Shown here: positions 1 to 13,145 of the stretch, piece by piece
Layout: every line of letters starts with the position of its first letter
Position numbering within the stretch: the first letter of the stretch is position 1
Assembly: GCA_048013815.1 (NCBI GenBank)
Contig: CM106585.1
Span: 20,584,361-20,648,000 of the forward strand
DNA from: Setoptus koraiensis
Lineage: Eukaryota; Animalia; Arthropoda
Direction of reading: 5' to 3'
DNA length: 63,640 nucleotides
Program-made: the position numbers and the translations under genes
The notes under the pieces: model-generated
Databases searched by the model: none
What the model was told of the DNA's origin: nothing
Seen by the model: only the letters and a program-made list of their open reading frames with translations

Positions 1-2
1 AA

Positions 3-329
3 TTGAGGGAAAAATTAATATTCCCCGTCTACAAGATGGTATGCAGTATTGGCTATAATCCTCAATACAAAAACGAGCAACGTTCTTTGGAAGTGCATCT
101 TTTGAATCCTTTCAAATTCAACTTCTACAATTCGCACCTAAAAGTTGTCATCTGTGGCAAAGAACGAGATCAGTGCACATACAAATCGCTGGACGAATTG
201 AAAGAGGCCATCAGGAAAGATGTAGATTTTTCGAGGACAGTACTGAGCGACATTAAATGGAAAACTATAAAAGAAGGGAGTTTCTTTGAGTCTAGCAACA
301 TAGAAAGTACAAATGATAGTAGTAATTGA
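3..329 (+). CDS. RFK: Riboflavin kinase, C-terminal part (5'-truncated by the window)
   Basis: Translation contains MVCSIGYNPQYKNEQRSLEVHLL...LKVVICG...SLDELKEAIRKDV, matching the flavokinase pattern SIGxNPxY...ExH...SLxELxxAIxxD. Confidence 0.85.
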   Translation: MREKLIFPVYKMVCSIGYNPQYKNEQRSLEVHLLNPFKFNFYNSHLKVVICGKERDQCTYKSLDELKEAIRKDVDFSRTVLSDIKWKTIKEGSFFESSNIESTNDSSN

Positions 330-1173
330 TTCCTTGGAGGATTTACAACTACAATGAGCGTCTCGGACAGCATATTAAGTCAAAAGTATTTATGTGATTC
401 AGAGAGGGTTATATTGATTGTAGCAATCGTTAAACTAGCAAAATTATTATTTTATGTAATTAGTAGGTATTTGTAATAAAAATATAATAGATAAAAATTT
501 TCATTTTCACATTTATGGCAAGTAATAGATATTTTGCAGAAAAAGAGATAGCTATCGAGTTATTTTCGGTTGTTAACTTGGTGTGGTCACATTTTTGACG
601 ATTTTCATGTTTGAATCTACCGCCGGTTAGTCTGGTCTCGCTAGTGGGGGAAAGTATAGTTACTTGTCCGTACTCATGTTCGTTGTGGTATGGTTGTGTG
701 CACATACCGGATAAGGCTGAATCACGGTGTTTGCGCACAATTTTGCGCTCAAGCGTTGGCCGGCCATGCACAGATAAAGAAGCGTGCACCACACAAAAAC
801 GCGTGTAATATAATGCCTCTATTATTCACATCGTTGTTTATCGTCCAATCGCGCCGATATTCACAAGAGTCGCTGCTTTCATGCATGCTGCTGCAGGACA
901 TACCAACAATATAATTATTACTAATACCATTAATAATATATATAGCCACGAATAATTTAGAACCACATCAATAATATTAAAATATTCAAAATAATTGACC
1001 AGATATTCCTAAATTAAAAACGAACAAAACAATTTTATATTATTATTTGTTCTAATACTAATTGTTCAACATAGCTCACCATCCGACTACTATTAATACG
1101 GCAACACGAAATAATATTTTATTTCAAGTGACAATATAATACAAGCACCCCATACACTACTCTACGATATATC

Positions 1174-2460
1174 ATGTCTCGTCGAGACAATTTAAGCCGA
1201 ATCTACGTTGGCAATCTGCCACCAGATGTACGCACAAAAGATCTTGAGGACTTGTTTTACAAATTCGGCAAAATTGCCTTCATTGATCTAAAAACCCGCC
1301 GTGGACCACCATTTGCATTTGTCGAATTTGTTGACTACAGAGACGCCGAAGACGCTGTCCGAAGCAGAGATGGAAAAGATTGGGATGGATACAGACTTAG
1401 AGTTGAATTTCCCCGCGGCCGTGAACGAACCTCTAATTTCAACAGAAATGGATCTAAATCTAGCCGTGGAGGCCCACCACAGCGTCGATCAAAGTATCGC
1501 GTGTCTGTTTCAGGTAACTATACCGTTCTATTTTACAATACATATCAAACAACTATTATGCACACACATGTTAATTTTCTCTGCACAACCTACTCTATTC
1601 TTGATTAATCTAGGATTACCCCCAAGCGGCAGCTGGCAGGACTTGAAGGATCATATGCGTGAAGTTGGTGAGGTTTGTTTTGCCGATGTCTACAAAGGTG
1701 GCGAAGGCGTTGTAGAATTCCTTAGATATGACGACATGAAGTATGCTTTGAAGAAACTCAACAACAGTAGATTTCGTTCGCATGAAGGAGAGCAATCGTA
1801 CATAAAACGTAAGTATAATTGAATAACTATTACAATTTTCTCCTACATCTTTGCAAATCTCTCTTACTAAGAATGAATTACGCCGCTCTACAATTCCAAC
1901 ACCTAACAGTTCGCGAGGATGCCGGAGGAGATTCAAGGAGTCGCTCAAGAACACGCTCGCGCTCCATAAGTCCAGTTTCTAAGAAACGCGGATCACCATC
2001 TTATTCACCCGCAAGGAAGCGGTCGCCATCAGATTCAAGATCGCGTTCATATTCAAGATCTCCAAGAAAGAGCAAGCGCTCTCACAGAGCTAGAACTCGC
2101 TCTCGTACCCGCTCACCTTCTAGATCTCGTAGTCGTTCTGCTTCGCGATCGCATTCACGCTCGCGCTCAGGTTCGAGATCAACTAGATCGCGTAGGTCTA
2201 GATCAGCTTCTAGATCCTCACGATCAGTAACTCGTTCACCTCGCGGCAAAGCATCTCCAGCACGCTCTTCCGACAGGGGCTCTAGAAGTCCTTTTGTTTC
2301 ATCGGATAAAGCTAAGAACTCGCGCTCACGCTCACGAGATCGATCAAGATCAGCGTCGAGACACTCCAAATCAGGGACACCATCCAAAACGCCATCGAGA
2401 TCAGGGTCGCCTAGATCCAAATCGATATCTCCAGCGTCTCCAGCGAAATCAGAAAATTAA
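1174..2460 (+). CDS. SRSF1: SR splicing factor SF2/ASF, 361 aa. Exons 1174-1513, 1614-1808, 1910-2460
   Basis: RRM1 ([12 protein letters not shown]...PPFAFVEF), pseudo-RRM2 with the [11 protein letters not shown] signature, then an RS domain. GT-AG introns of 100 and 101 nt give a continuous frame (1086 nt). Confidence 0.95.
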
Positions 2461-2606
2461 TTGAGAACAACACAAACATGTTTATATATACACCTCTTAT
2501 ATGAGTAGTATAAAAGTAAATGTAAGGAATCGGATTAGGCTTTATTCAATTCTCTCTTGATACATCATAAATACTAATATACATGATATTATTGGACCAA
2601 ATCCAA

Positions 2607-3008
2607 CTATGTATTACGTCTTCTCGTATGGTAGGCGCTAAATGCCTGATGATGAGGCTTTTTAAATTTTGTGGGACCACGTTGCGAGGCGGGAGTCCAC
2701 TTTTTGTCGCTAGAACCTGTTGAGGAAAAACTAGGATCCTCAGGAGGATCCAAGGATTTTTTGACACATCTCGGACAAGGCGGGTTGTTAGCCATTATTT
2801 GTTTGACGTTGGTCCTCAGGTGATGTTCCACAGCCTTTTGTAAGCGAATAACGCCTGATGATGAAATGGATTCCTGGGACCCACATTGGGATTCCTTTTC
2901 GGAACTTGAGGTCATCGTGAAAAACCTAGGCAATGTTGAGTATACAACTAATGTTGAAAGTTGATTTTTGATACAACTCTGCAGTTCGGTTAACTCCTCT
3001 ATATTCAT
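2607..3008 (-). CDS. Hypothetical 133-aa protein, possibly with an upstream exon
   Basis: ATG ORF filling the gap between SRSF1 and PHF5A in a gene-dense block. Helical N-terminus and a CPRC motif. No family recognised. Confidence 0.3.
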   Translation of the reverse strand: MNIEELTELQSCIKNQLSTLVVYSTLPRFFTMTSSSEKESQCGSQESISSSGVIRLQKAVEHHLRTNVKQIMANNPPCPRCVKKSLDPPEDPSFSSTGSSDKKWTPASQRGPTKFKKPHHQAFSAYHTRRRNT

Positions 3009-3435
3009 CTATGACAGTATCCAGTTTGTGTGCTAATACTCTCTGACCAAACAAAAGTCGCCTTAAAGTGAATGAAAGCAAACAAGCTTTCTTGCTGCAG
3101 TGCGAAGGAAGGGCTCATCCGAGCGCTCTCGACCATCGTTAACGAATGCTATAGTTGTGCGCCGGTTTTGCACAGATATTTCCTCTGTGCAGGCCACGGT
3201 CGCCGTTCACGAAAGAAAAAAAAATGAATTGCATATATTCTGATATATGATTCACTACGAATTGAATCAATTTTTCGTCAAATACATATTCACCTTTGCC
3301 TGTCTTTTAGCCCAACAAATTTATATTCTTTAATCATCTACTCGAGACACCCCTCAAGGAACGCGCCAGAAAAATATCCCATTTGATTTTGAATAAAGTA
3401 TTTTCCAAGCCTATAACTTGCTCATATTACTCGAC

Positions 3436-3768
3436 ATGGCCAAGCATCATCCGGATCTCATATTTTGCAGAAAGCAGCCCGGAGTTGCAGTTGGTAGATT
3501 GTGTGAGAAATGTGACGGGAAATGCGTCATCTGTGATTCATATGTCAGGCCCTGCACATTGGTTAGAATTTGTGACGAATGCAACTATGGATCATATCAA
3601 GGGAGATGTGTGATTTGCGGAGGCCCAGGTGTAAGTGACGCATACTACTGCAAGGAATGCACAATATTGGAAAAAGACCGTGACGGCTGTCCTAAGATTG
3701 TGAATTTGGGCAGCGCTAAAACGGATCTATTTTACGAAAGGAAAAAATACGGCTTTAAGCGGAGGTAG
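3436..3768 (+). CDS. PHF5A: PHD finger-like SF3b component, 110 aa, intronless
   Basis: [58 protein letters not shown]... is near-identical to the conserved PHF5A/Rds3 sequence and has the canonical length. Confidence 0.98.
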   Translation: MAKHHPDLIFCRKQPGVAVGRLCEKCDGKCVICDSYVRPCTLVRICDECNYGSYQGRCVICGGPGVSDAYYCKECTILEKDRDGCPKIVNLGSAKTDLFYERKKYGFKRR

Positions 3769-4188
3769 CATCGGCAGCCTGGGGCCTTTGCTTTGGCTGT
3801 TCTAACACCGATCTCAACATTTTCTCAAAACATTTTTCGTTTCATTGAACCTATCCTCTCCAACAAATAAAGATAAAATCATGAATTGTTCCCAGCCATT
3901 TTGTCATCTATGAAACGAATGTAATTACTTATCCATTAACTCGCATGTATGGTTTCGATGTCAATGTACTTTGAAATGGCTCATGATACTGAACACATGA
4001 GTGCTTGTCTCCTTTTCCCGGCACATGCTCTTTCAGGTGCACGTGGTGTTCAAGCAAGAAAATACTTCATCACGTCATCAGATTCCATTGTTCTAGCTTG
4101 TGTTATGCCAACATTATGATCACATTTCTTGCTTTTCATTTACTTGTCACGTAACATCTATAAATCCAGCACAAATTTAAGCCTCACA

Positions 4189-5971
4189 ATGCCCCACTAT
4201 AACAATTTCATGCATCGAAACAATGTTTTCAGGAGGAAGCCGGACTATAAAAATTTAGCCCTAGAATTCAAAGAGCTGAGCCGACACATGACAGTAGGAT
4301 TAAGGGGTAAACTTCGTTATAATTTCGACGATCCAGAGGCTCTGAGGGCGTTTACGTGTGCCTTAATGAAAAGTCAATTTCAAAAGGAATTAGTGCTCCC
4401 CACAAATAGATTGATCCCAGCAATACCTCAACGCCTAAATTACATCTGCTGGTTAGAGGATCTAATTCAGCTCTTGAATGTTAGTCTCAATGACTCAATT
4501 ACCGGATTGGATATGGGCACCGGGGCGAGTTGTATATTTCCCATTCTTGGTGCCCATCGAAATTTAAATTGGAATTTTATAGCGGTTGAAGTTGACAATG
4601 AGTCGACGGAGTACGCCATTGAAAATGTTCAACGAAATGGTTTAGATGATAGAATTAGAGGTTTGTAGAACGATTGACTGGGCTCACTGAAGCCTTGCTC
4701 ACACTTTGTTGGTGCTATTCAACCAACTGATTTGATTCTTTGTTACTCTTGTCTCCTAAACGCATACAGTGACGCAAATTGACGCCTCGGCGCAAATATC
4801 CGACATTGTCCAATCAAGTGAGAGGAGGCCGGTACATTTCATCACGTGCAATCCACCTTTTTTTGATCAAGAATACAATGGACCAAATAGTGCCAGGGAA
4901 GATACTAGCGATGACGGTATGGAAATCTGTGGTAGACCTAAGTCAAAATCTAACACGGCCGATGTGAGAGAGGCAGTCACAGAAGGAGGTGAGATCAGAT
5001 TTGTGAAAAATATACTCAATCAGAGTGAAAATTGCAAGGAGGACGTCTTAATATTTACATCGATGCTAGGTCGCAAAAAAAGCCTACAGAATTTTAAGCG
5101 AGTTTTGGGCCACAACACGCAGATAAGTAGCTGGACTTGGGCAGAGTTATGTCAGGGAAAAACTATTCGTTACGCCATAGCATGGACATATGTTGCCGGC
5201 TTGAATTTGGAAAAGGCTCCCCCTCTCAGGTTGGGTAAAGCAAAGAAGTGGTCATTCAAGTTGCCTCCATCATCAAACGATATGAATGTTGAATTTGCCA
5301 AGAACGTTGGATTACTGAAGCAGCTGGTGACATTTGATTTGAAAATAGAGAAAATGAACATCTTACGTACATCTTCTCGGTCTTTCGAGTTCTCTCTGAG
5401 AACGCAACAACAGCCATGGCTCAATCAGAGAAGGAAACGTCGCGAGGAAGCCAGAATAAATGCAGACAACAAACAACCTGTGGAGAGCAAATCAAACATC
5501 GTTGTAGACATGAAAGATATATCCGATACAGCACTCCACAAATCATCATCAAAGGAATCATCACCCAGGACAATAGTAGATAAAAGCTCCTCCAATTCTG
5601 GTTCGGCTGAGTCTGAACAATCTAACATCCTAGGCAACTCTCTATCGGATCAACAGATTAGAAGGAAACGTAAATATTCAGACAGTGGCTCCTGTAATCG
5701 TTCTCATCAGGGTGATTCTAATGATTCGCCTGATGTTGATGGGCTCTCAAAGGTAGAGGAGGATGGAGAGTATGATATGATTAAAAGATTACGAGTGAAT
5801 GATGTCGAGGACAATGATGACAATACAAACTACCTGGTCCGTTGTAGATGTACTCTCACACGCGCAGGCCATGATTTATTTTTCGAGCTTCAGATAGAAT
5901 ATCCTTGCAGATCCTCCACTGCTGCTCACGATCTGTTCCAATACTTCAAAAATAAGCTAACGAAGTCATGA
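4189..5971 (+). CDS. METTL16: U6 snRNA m6A methyltransferase, 557 aa. Exons 4189-4660, 4770-5971
   Basis: LIPAIPQRLNYICW, GLDMGTGASCIFPILG (SAM motif I), catalytic CNPPFF, GGEIRFV, FTSMLGRK and QGKTIRYAIAW. A 109-nt GT-AG intron joins the two ORFs in frame. Confidence 0.93.
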
Positions 5972-5989
5972 AAACCAACATCTTATTTA

Positions 5990-7951
5990 TCAGCCATCCA
6001 TCCTCCAAATGGTTTCTACGTCTGTTTCGCCGGGCTTCCCCTCAAACGCCAAACAAGTTCCTTCAGTCATAATGGTGTCAGAGTCGTTGCAGGGAAAGTT
6101 TTGGATCAATGAACGGATGACATATACATTATTATTATTTGGAAATTAATTGTTAACTAATTTTAATTTTAAAATTATCAATACTTTGTTGGAAACGATT
6201 GATGAGGAAGTAAGTACCCCAGATCCTGATTGAGCTATCTTTTAGAATTTTTCACACACACACCTAATTACATATAGTCACATAACTAGAAGGACTATCA
6301 TTTTTGTAATAGAAAGATTTGGCTCATTTCTACAAAAAGAAACACTTCTATTCCATATCTGCCAATCTATCACAACCCTACTTTACTATATGCAGGTAGG
6401 TGTGAAAAAATCAGTCAGAACCTGAGATGCTTACTGCCTCATTCATTCTTTCAGAAAAGTAAACAAAAATAAACAACTCTTACCTTTGTGATAGAACATG
6501 CGGCTTTCATCCGGTGCTGGCCCGCCAGTTTTATATCCTCTCTTGGTTGTATTCAACGAGTCAGTGTCGTCATTTACATCATCTTGACTATTGTCATCTA
6601 CTGTGTCTGGCGCTGATGTATTGTAGATCAGCAGCGCTGTATCAGATGAGTTAACATTTGATTTTATCATCTTGAATTGCTGCATCAGTTGTTTGCACTC
6701 ATCGCAGAGTTCAGGCCCGAAACGAGGTGTCTCTGTATAGGTGTGGACTAAGTTGGATATTTGTTTGCATAAGGCTCTATAATTATTTAGTTGCCTAACA
6801 ATCTCACCGGTGGTTTCCTTAGACACAGATCTTCTGTGAGTCTTCCCGTATTTGAATGGAATTCCACATACAGTGAAGCAGTTTGACATCAAATTGGAAT
6901 AATAGATCACTTTCAGGTATATCTCATAGCTTGGTGGTCCTTTATTGTTATCTGTTGTAACCGATTCAACTGAGATGGCATAAGATTCATGAAAGGAGCG
7001 AAGAAGAGAATTGAATTGATATGGATAAGATTCATCAAAATTGTAGATCAGGCATCTCTGATGAGCACCGACTAAGGATATCATTTTTACTCCACCTTGT
7101 GTATAGGGTATCGATATGTTTCCATTGTGATTCTTATTGGACATCCAAATCAATCTGATGTTTGTCAAGACGAGAACACCATCCAACCACAAGCGATTTT
7201 TAGTCTTGTAACATACATTCGCAAATCTATCATGTATCTCCTCGCTAGTTAATAGATTGATATCACCGTTTCCATATGATAAGCCAGTGAGATTTATTCG
7301 GCATCGCCTAAATGATATTGTTGCCTTATATGCGTTCCAAACTTTTAAAATCAAATCGCTCGGATTCAAGCTAAAGCGGTAGGCATAGCTTGTTGGAGCT
7401 ATAGATTGCGTTGTGTCAGATTCGTCGTAACGTTTTCTTGTATTTGTCGTGGTAGTGGTCAAGTCATCCGAAGTTGTGTTATAGAAGCTAGTAATATTTG
7501 TTGGATCATTGCCATTTGCCAAAACTGAGGTAGAATCGTCGTTGGAAACTATAGGAGGAAAGTCAAATTTTTTGAATAGAAACTCATATTTCACCGATGC
7601 ATACTGGGCAAGCACACAGATACTCTGTTGCGTTTCACCCAGAGCCGATTTTGTGGCACGTTGAAACGAGTTCAACACGGTCCCGAAACCGATGGAGATA
7701 TTAATTTTTGGTTTGTCGTTGTGGATCCATATAACGCGCATGTTGGTCACCTGTAATGTCCCCGACTGTCCCGAATTGCCTTTGATATCCTCGATGTGGT
7801 ACGACGAACCTATTAAAACCTCTCCCTTTCCCAATGCCAGGCCAGAGGGTTTTAGGTCGAAGCGGAGAGTTTGGTCGCGCCATGACAGCGTTTTTGTTTC
7901 ACTCAAATCTTGACCTTTTTTGAAGAATTGCCAAATAGCCGATGGCAACAT
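5990..7951 (-). CDS. BBS5: Bardet-Biedl syndrome 5-like protein, ~512 aa. Exons 7951-6484, 6060-5990
   Basis: WRDQTLRFD...GEVLI...IEDIKGNSGQSGTLQVTNMRVIW matches BBS5 PH1; VLTNIRLIW...NISIPY matches PH2. The donor AAG|GTAAGA at 6483 spliced to the AG at 6061 gives MFYHKGTCLAFE...ETIW, which aligns with the BBS5 end (VFSEELGLAIE...GLW). The last exon is inferred. Confidence 0.85.
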
Positions 7952-9811
7952 GTCAGCAGACGGCCGATATTTCTGGCCGATATTGGTTGTATTTTCGCAA
8001 AACAAAAAATATTATAACGCCAAGTTATGTGGCACATGGGCGTCTAGCGGTTGTAAACAAGACATTTAAAGAGGCATTCTGACTGAGGCGTCACCATGGA
8101 TACCTATCGAAAATTGGTGCTTCCATTGCGGATGCACCATGATTTGCATGCAAGCTGACACGAGATCATGAATAATCTAGTGAGTAACACTCTTTGACTA
8201 TAATTATTCCATGTGTGTCTGTGTATTGGAATTAATGAAGTATCACTTGTATTTTTGTAACAAGGTAACCTAGAGCAACAACTGCTAGAGCCTTGTCCAT
8301 GAGCTCTGACGAAAATGCTTGTTGTTGCAGTGAAAAAGTTTTGCTAACGTTAGTTGTTACAACGCTTGTTTCTTCGAGGGTTGCATTATAGGTCGGTCAT
8401 TTAGTATCTTACAACTTGTGGAATAACAAAGTGGCGTGATCAATTAAGTGTTTATTGCATATAGGTGAATGAGAGCAACAGCACCAGAGGATGATTGCAG
8501 CAGAGAGAAAGAAACAATTAAAACGGGCTGGTTTTGTAGCTGCAACAGCCCGAGTTTTTACCATGAGTTTGGCCAACAAAATTGTTTGAACAGCATCATA
8601 ATGAAGTGACGATGGTGTTGTTGTTTGTGACGAGCTAATGGAATGCAGTATGAGCAGCAATCATATGATAGTAGAAGAATATTGATTGTCGATAATTGGC
8701 ATTGCGTACGCACAACAATTGATTGAAAGATGCGAAAATACAAAAGAATATTCTCAAGAACAACAACAATGGCCAATAGATATATAGGCAAAAGGCGCAT
8801 GTATGGTGTTGTGTTATGGAATGAAATATGAGTTTATTAATGATGAAAAAAGGAATGTTAATTGTTTTAATTGGTGCATAGTGGCGCACACCACAACCAC
8901 CAACGGCATCTCCGACAGCGGCATGTCCGACAACGGCAGCAACCAGTGTTGCCGGTATCGATGGTTGCGCTGCACTGCAAAGCGAAGAGCGAGAGAGATA
9001 ATTCGTGGAAGGAGATATAATCTAGACTGTGCATACATGAATGGATAATCGCCCGATTGATCGCACACTGGCATCTGTTTTAAATCTGGCAAAAGATTGT
9101 AATCGTCGGTAATTGATAATAGCCACGGGCATAAGCTCTCGAAGATGAGCAGAAGCCAGAATGTTTGGCCTAGTGGGTATACATCGGTGAGTGCATGCAT
9201 ATTGCAATCGATAGCAATAGGTGGCAGATTGGTTTGAGTAACGACGAGAGTTGGTCAGTTAATTACAGCCTTTAATTGATAGAGCATGTTTCGGCATGGA
9301 CGCTGTTGTTTGTTGGCACACAATGTCGGCCAGCAACTGTCGGCCTGCAAACAAGTTATGATAAGGTGACTTTTGTTGGCAGCCACTTACCTTTCAGCTA
9401 GTTAGTTTATGGTTGTGCGCGCTGACCTTTGAACAGGACAGTTAATTATTATTGATCAACAGCAACATTTATTAATGATGATACCGGGCTCATTAAGGGC
9501 GTCCGTTATCATGGGCAGTAGTTTGTGTTTTGGCTGGCACTGCACCGGCCAGTGTATCAATTGATGGGCAGCCGGGCACAAACAAAGGATGGTCACAATC
9601 TGCTTGCGTATTATGTAAGTTGAATGCTACCGCTTCTATGCCGCGGCATATGTACTACATACATTACTCAATTTTGATTGGGTATTTTAATTTATTCACT
9701 CACCATGATCGATAGCATGCAACTAGCGATAGATTAGAGAGCCAGGTAATTGTCAGCAGGGTTTAGGTGATGCGCGACAGCGAGATAAGCGACAAGCCGG
9801 CAAGATGGCAT

Positions 9812-9837
9812 GAGAGAGAGAGAGAGAGAGAGAGAGA
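9812..9837. repeat. (GA)13 microsatellite
   Basis: Read directly from the sequence. Confidence 0.95.
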
Positions 9838-12800
9838 TTTGCATAAGTTTGCCCTCGCCGAGAGCCCCTACAGTTGGTTGTTGTGGCGCCACTACACCGA
9901 GGAGTGTAGTGGCCACTACTGTGCTCGTTAGTGTTCGCTTGTGCCGATTAATACGGGAGATAAAGCGCGTAAGATTATATTATAATTCCTTGGCCCATTC
10001 CATTTCTTGGTCGCAATCTTGATTACATCTCTGTGTCTCGGTCGTCTTGCATGATTATATATGATTATAGGAGCTGATTGTGGAGCTTTGCAGTCGGGTC
10101 CGCTCCACTGGCTCGTCATTTTTTAATCTCGCATCGGCTGTGTCAAAGTGTTTCAAGTTACAACACACAAAGTGACTTGAGACGGCGACGCTCGCAGCGT
10201 GGACAAGTTTTTGTTTGTGTGAATTTAAAGATTGCCAGTTGTCACATTGTTGCTGTTTGCGTCTCATCGCCAAACAACTATTACCGACCAAAAAGAGATT
10301 ATGTAATGTTTGTTTTTGTTTGCTCTGGCTGGCACGGCGGCGCCACACCGGTGACACTTGGCGGCCTTGCGCGGCGTCGGCCGAGTGGCTGGCAAGTCGG
10401 GCCTAAAACAGTTGCCCGAAACTCGCAACTCGCAACTCACAACTCGCAACTGTTGTCGCCAGTGGATGACATAACTCGGCTATGGGCGCGATCGCGGCGA
10501 TGATTATCGCTGTGACGACTGGGACGACTCGCTATCTAATTTCAGCATCTTTGTATCTTTTTGCGCTATCGCGCCAACAATCTATCTGTTATGCCCAATG
10601 CGCACTGAACGACCGATTCGCCGAGAAACCTTTGCCCGAGTGCGCAATCCAGAGCAAAATCCTTTTTGCGGGCATCTCGTCGTTTTGGCGGTTTTGCGAT
10701 GCTGCCGGCCCAGCCACAAATTGACTGTTGAGCAGCTCCGGTGTGCACAATCGATTGCATAATACACTCACTGTATTGCACTGTCTGTGTCTGGCTGGCG
10801 CGAGCCAACCTGGCCGGCGGGTCCCGCGAGCGCCGTTAGCGCGAGCCGCTATCAACTGTCGGCGCTCGCTGCACGAGGCCCGCAACGGGCGCTATAACGC
10901 GCTATAATGCGCTTATAATGGACACGAGGGCCATAGAGCACGGGTGGCGTCGGATCGCTCGACGCGCTCACTTACGGGCCAATATAGAAACAATAAACAC
11001 TCAATAAATCATTAGTGTGACTGAAGGAGGGGCCCCGGTGGTGCCGATGCCGCGCCGGCGGCTGGCTCAGCGTCGGCTGCTCCAACGCTCGCCGGGCGGG
11101 CAGCCAAAACAAAAAAGATTTATAGTTGCTTATTGTGTCGATTATTATTTACTTTGGCTGGTCTGTCGGCGGGTTTGTGCGGGTCCCGCACAAACAGACA
11201 CAAACGGCGACGGGCGCAGAGAAACGGATAAGCCGACCGAGGGCACAACTCGGCCGACCAACAGAGACAAACAAGCAGAAACGAGCCAGCGAGCCAGAAA
11301 GTGCTCGTGTGCGCATATCATCGCGCCCGAAGAATCATCATTTTTTAATTTACCTCTTACATCGTGATTCGAAGCCAGTTGAGCTGGTGGCTGCCAAAAC
11401 GGGCATTGGCCGCGATGATGCTCGATTAGTTGGCACGTGTTGGCGCGCGTTGGCGCAGTGGCCGCTGCAAACTGGCTCGCGAATCGCGATTATTATCATG
11501 AAAACACACAACGCGCCGCCTTATATAACTCACAATTGTCAGTTCCGGGTTACGTAACCCAATTGTGCGCTTGTGCCGCTGCTTTCACAGTTCGACCATC
11601 AGAGTTACTGGCGCTGCAGTCGCTATATCACGGCTAAATCACGGCTAAATCACGGTTATATCGCGGCTATATCGCGAGTCGCGACTAAATCAGGGCTAGT
11701 GAACGGCTTGTGCGCGGCTCCATCGTGGCCATATCGTGGCTCGTGTGGACAACACGCTGGTGTTGTCACAGCAGTGTTGCGACAGTGCACTCGCTGACAA
11801 CAGCAACCATTGATCAATGAGCCACCGTTGCGCAACAATGGCCCACTAATGAGCTTATGCTCGTGCCACGGCTGCTTATGCACGCGTTATGCCGGGCTGG
11901 GTTACGTTGCGCAGTTTGTGCAGTCTCAACTCGGCGGATAGTTTGCAATCAGATTGTTAGCCGAGTTAGCCGAGTTAGCGGAGAGTCGATTGCCAATTGA
12001 CACTCACGAGCGGCGAGAGAGCAAACATGAGGCGAGCGGATAAAATTTCGCTCGAATCGGCCACCAATGGAGCACAACGAAATGAGATCAGTGGGCCGTT
12101 GGTTGGTGCCCAACGGTGGTCTAAACGGTGCCCAACCAGAAACCGTTGGGCACCGTTTAGAAATATTTGAAAATGGCTGCGTTTGTGTGCGCCTCACAAC
12201 CGGTAACAATTGCAATTCGCGTTTTGTAACAATCGAGTCGGATCGAGCCAAGTGCCACACGACGCCATAACAGTGACCATCACAATGCCATCACCTGCTT
12301 TGACAACGCTGTCGTAATGAGACCAGCTCACAGCCCGAATGGGAGCAACTGATTCAGCTCGAATGACCAATGTGGCGATAGCGATCAGGCATTTCAGTTG
12401 TTCCTTTGTGACTCGCACTCTGAATCTGAATTTGTGAGTCCGTTGGCTGTTGGCGTGAGCTGTTTTGTGCACTCTGTTCAACGCACTCTGCCGTCAACTG
12501 TCCGATTGTGCACTTGACAATCTCACAAGTTTCATTTGTGGCGAGATCGCTCATCAATGTGACTCAATATCGTTCATATGTCATAATAATAGAGCTACCC
12601 AACTGGAATTAGCCAGACTTTTGTGGCTTGTCGTACAAACTGCCGCAAACACGACACCGTTTGCGGCCCACAGTCAAGGCCGTAAAGACCGGACATCGAC
12701 TGGTCATCGTTGTGCAACTTGCACAAAGCTGCTTTGTCCCACGAACAAATAAACAATACGCAACATGTGCAATATTTGCACAATATGCAAAATGTTGTAT

Positions 12801-13145
12801 CGGCTTTCGGCTCACAGGCAACACAAGCCGTTTGCCGGCGGCAACAAGTGTCGCCAATGACACACTAATCAATGAGTATGGCCAAACGAAGCCTTTGTTT
12901 ACATTTGTGCCTGACAGTTGTGGCACTATGACAAGCTCGTGACTGTTCGGCCAACACAATCTGTCGGTATCAACAGTGACAAGTGCGCAACCCGTGGGAA
13001 TGTCCGTTGTATGCGCCGTGACACTGGCGGCAACTTATTGCATGCCGAGAGTTATTGCTCATCGCACAACCACTGATATAATACCAGTGATGTTGCAACA
13101 ATCGCAACAATCGGATTGCCACAAATTTGATTGGAAACGAGCAAA

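Noticed and set aside
460-949. Small ORFs between RFK and SRSF1
   Set aside because: Several overlapping frames on both strands with no motif; more likely UTR or promoter sequence.
2546-2767. Second overlapping minus-strand ORF
   Set aside because: Short, non-ATG start, closed by a stop just upstream and no recognisable motif.
6270-6368. Alternative BBS5 last exon using the AG at 6368-6367
   Set aside because: It gives a weaker match to the BBS5 C-terminus than the 6060-5990 exon, which supplies LAFE and the terminal Trp and is preceded by a 94-nt AG-free zone.
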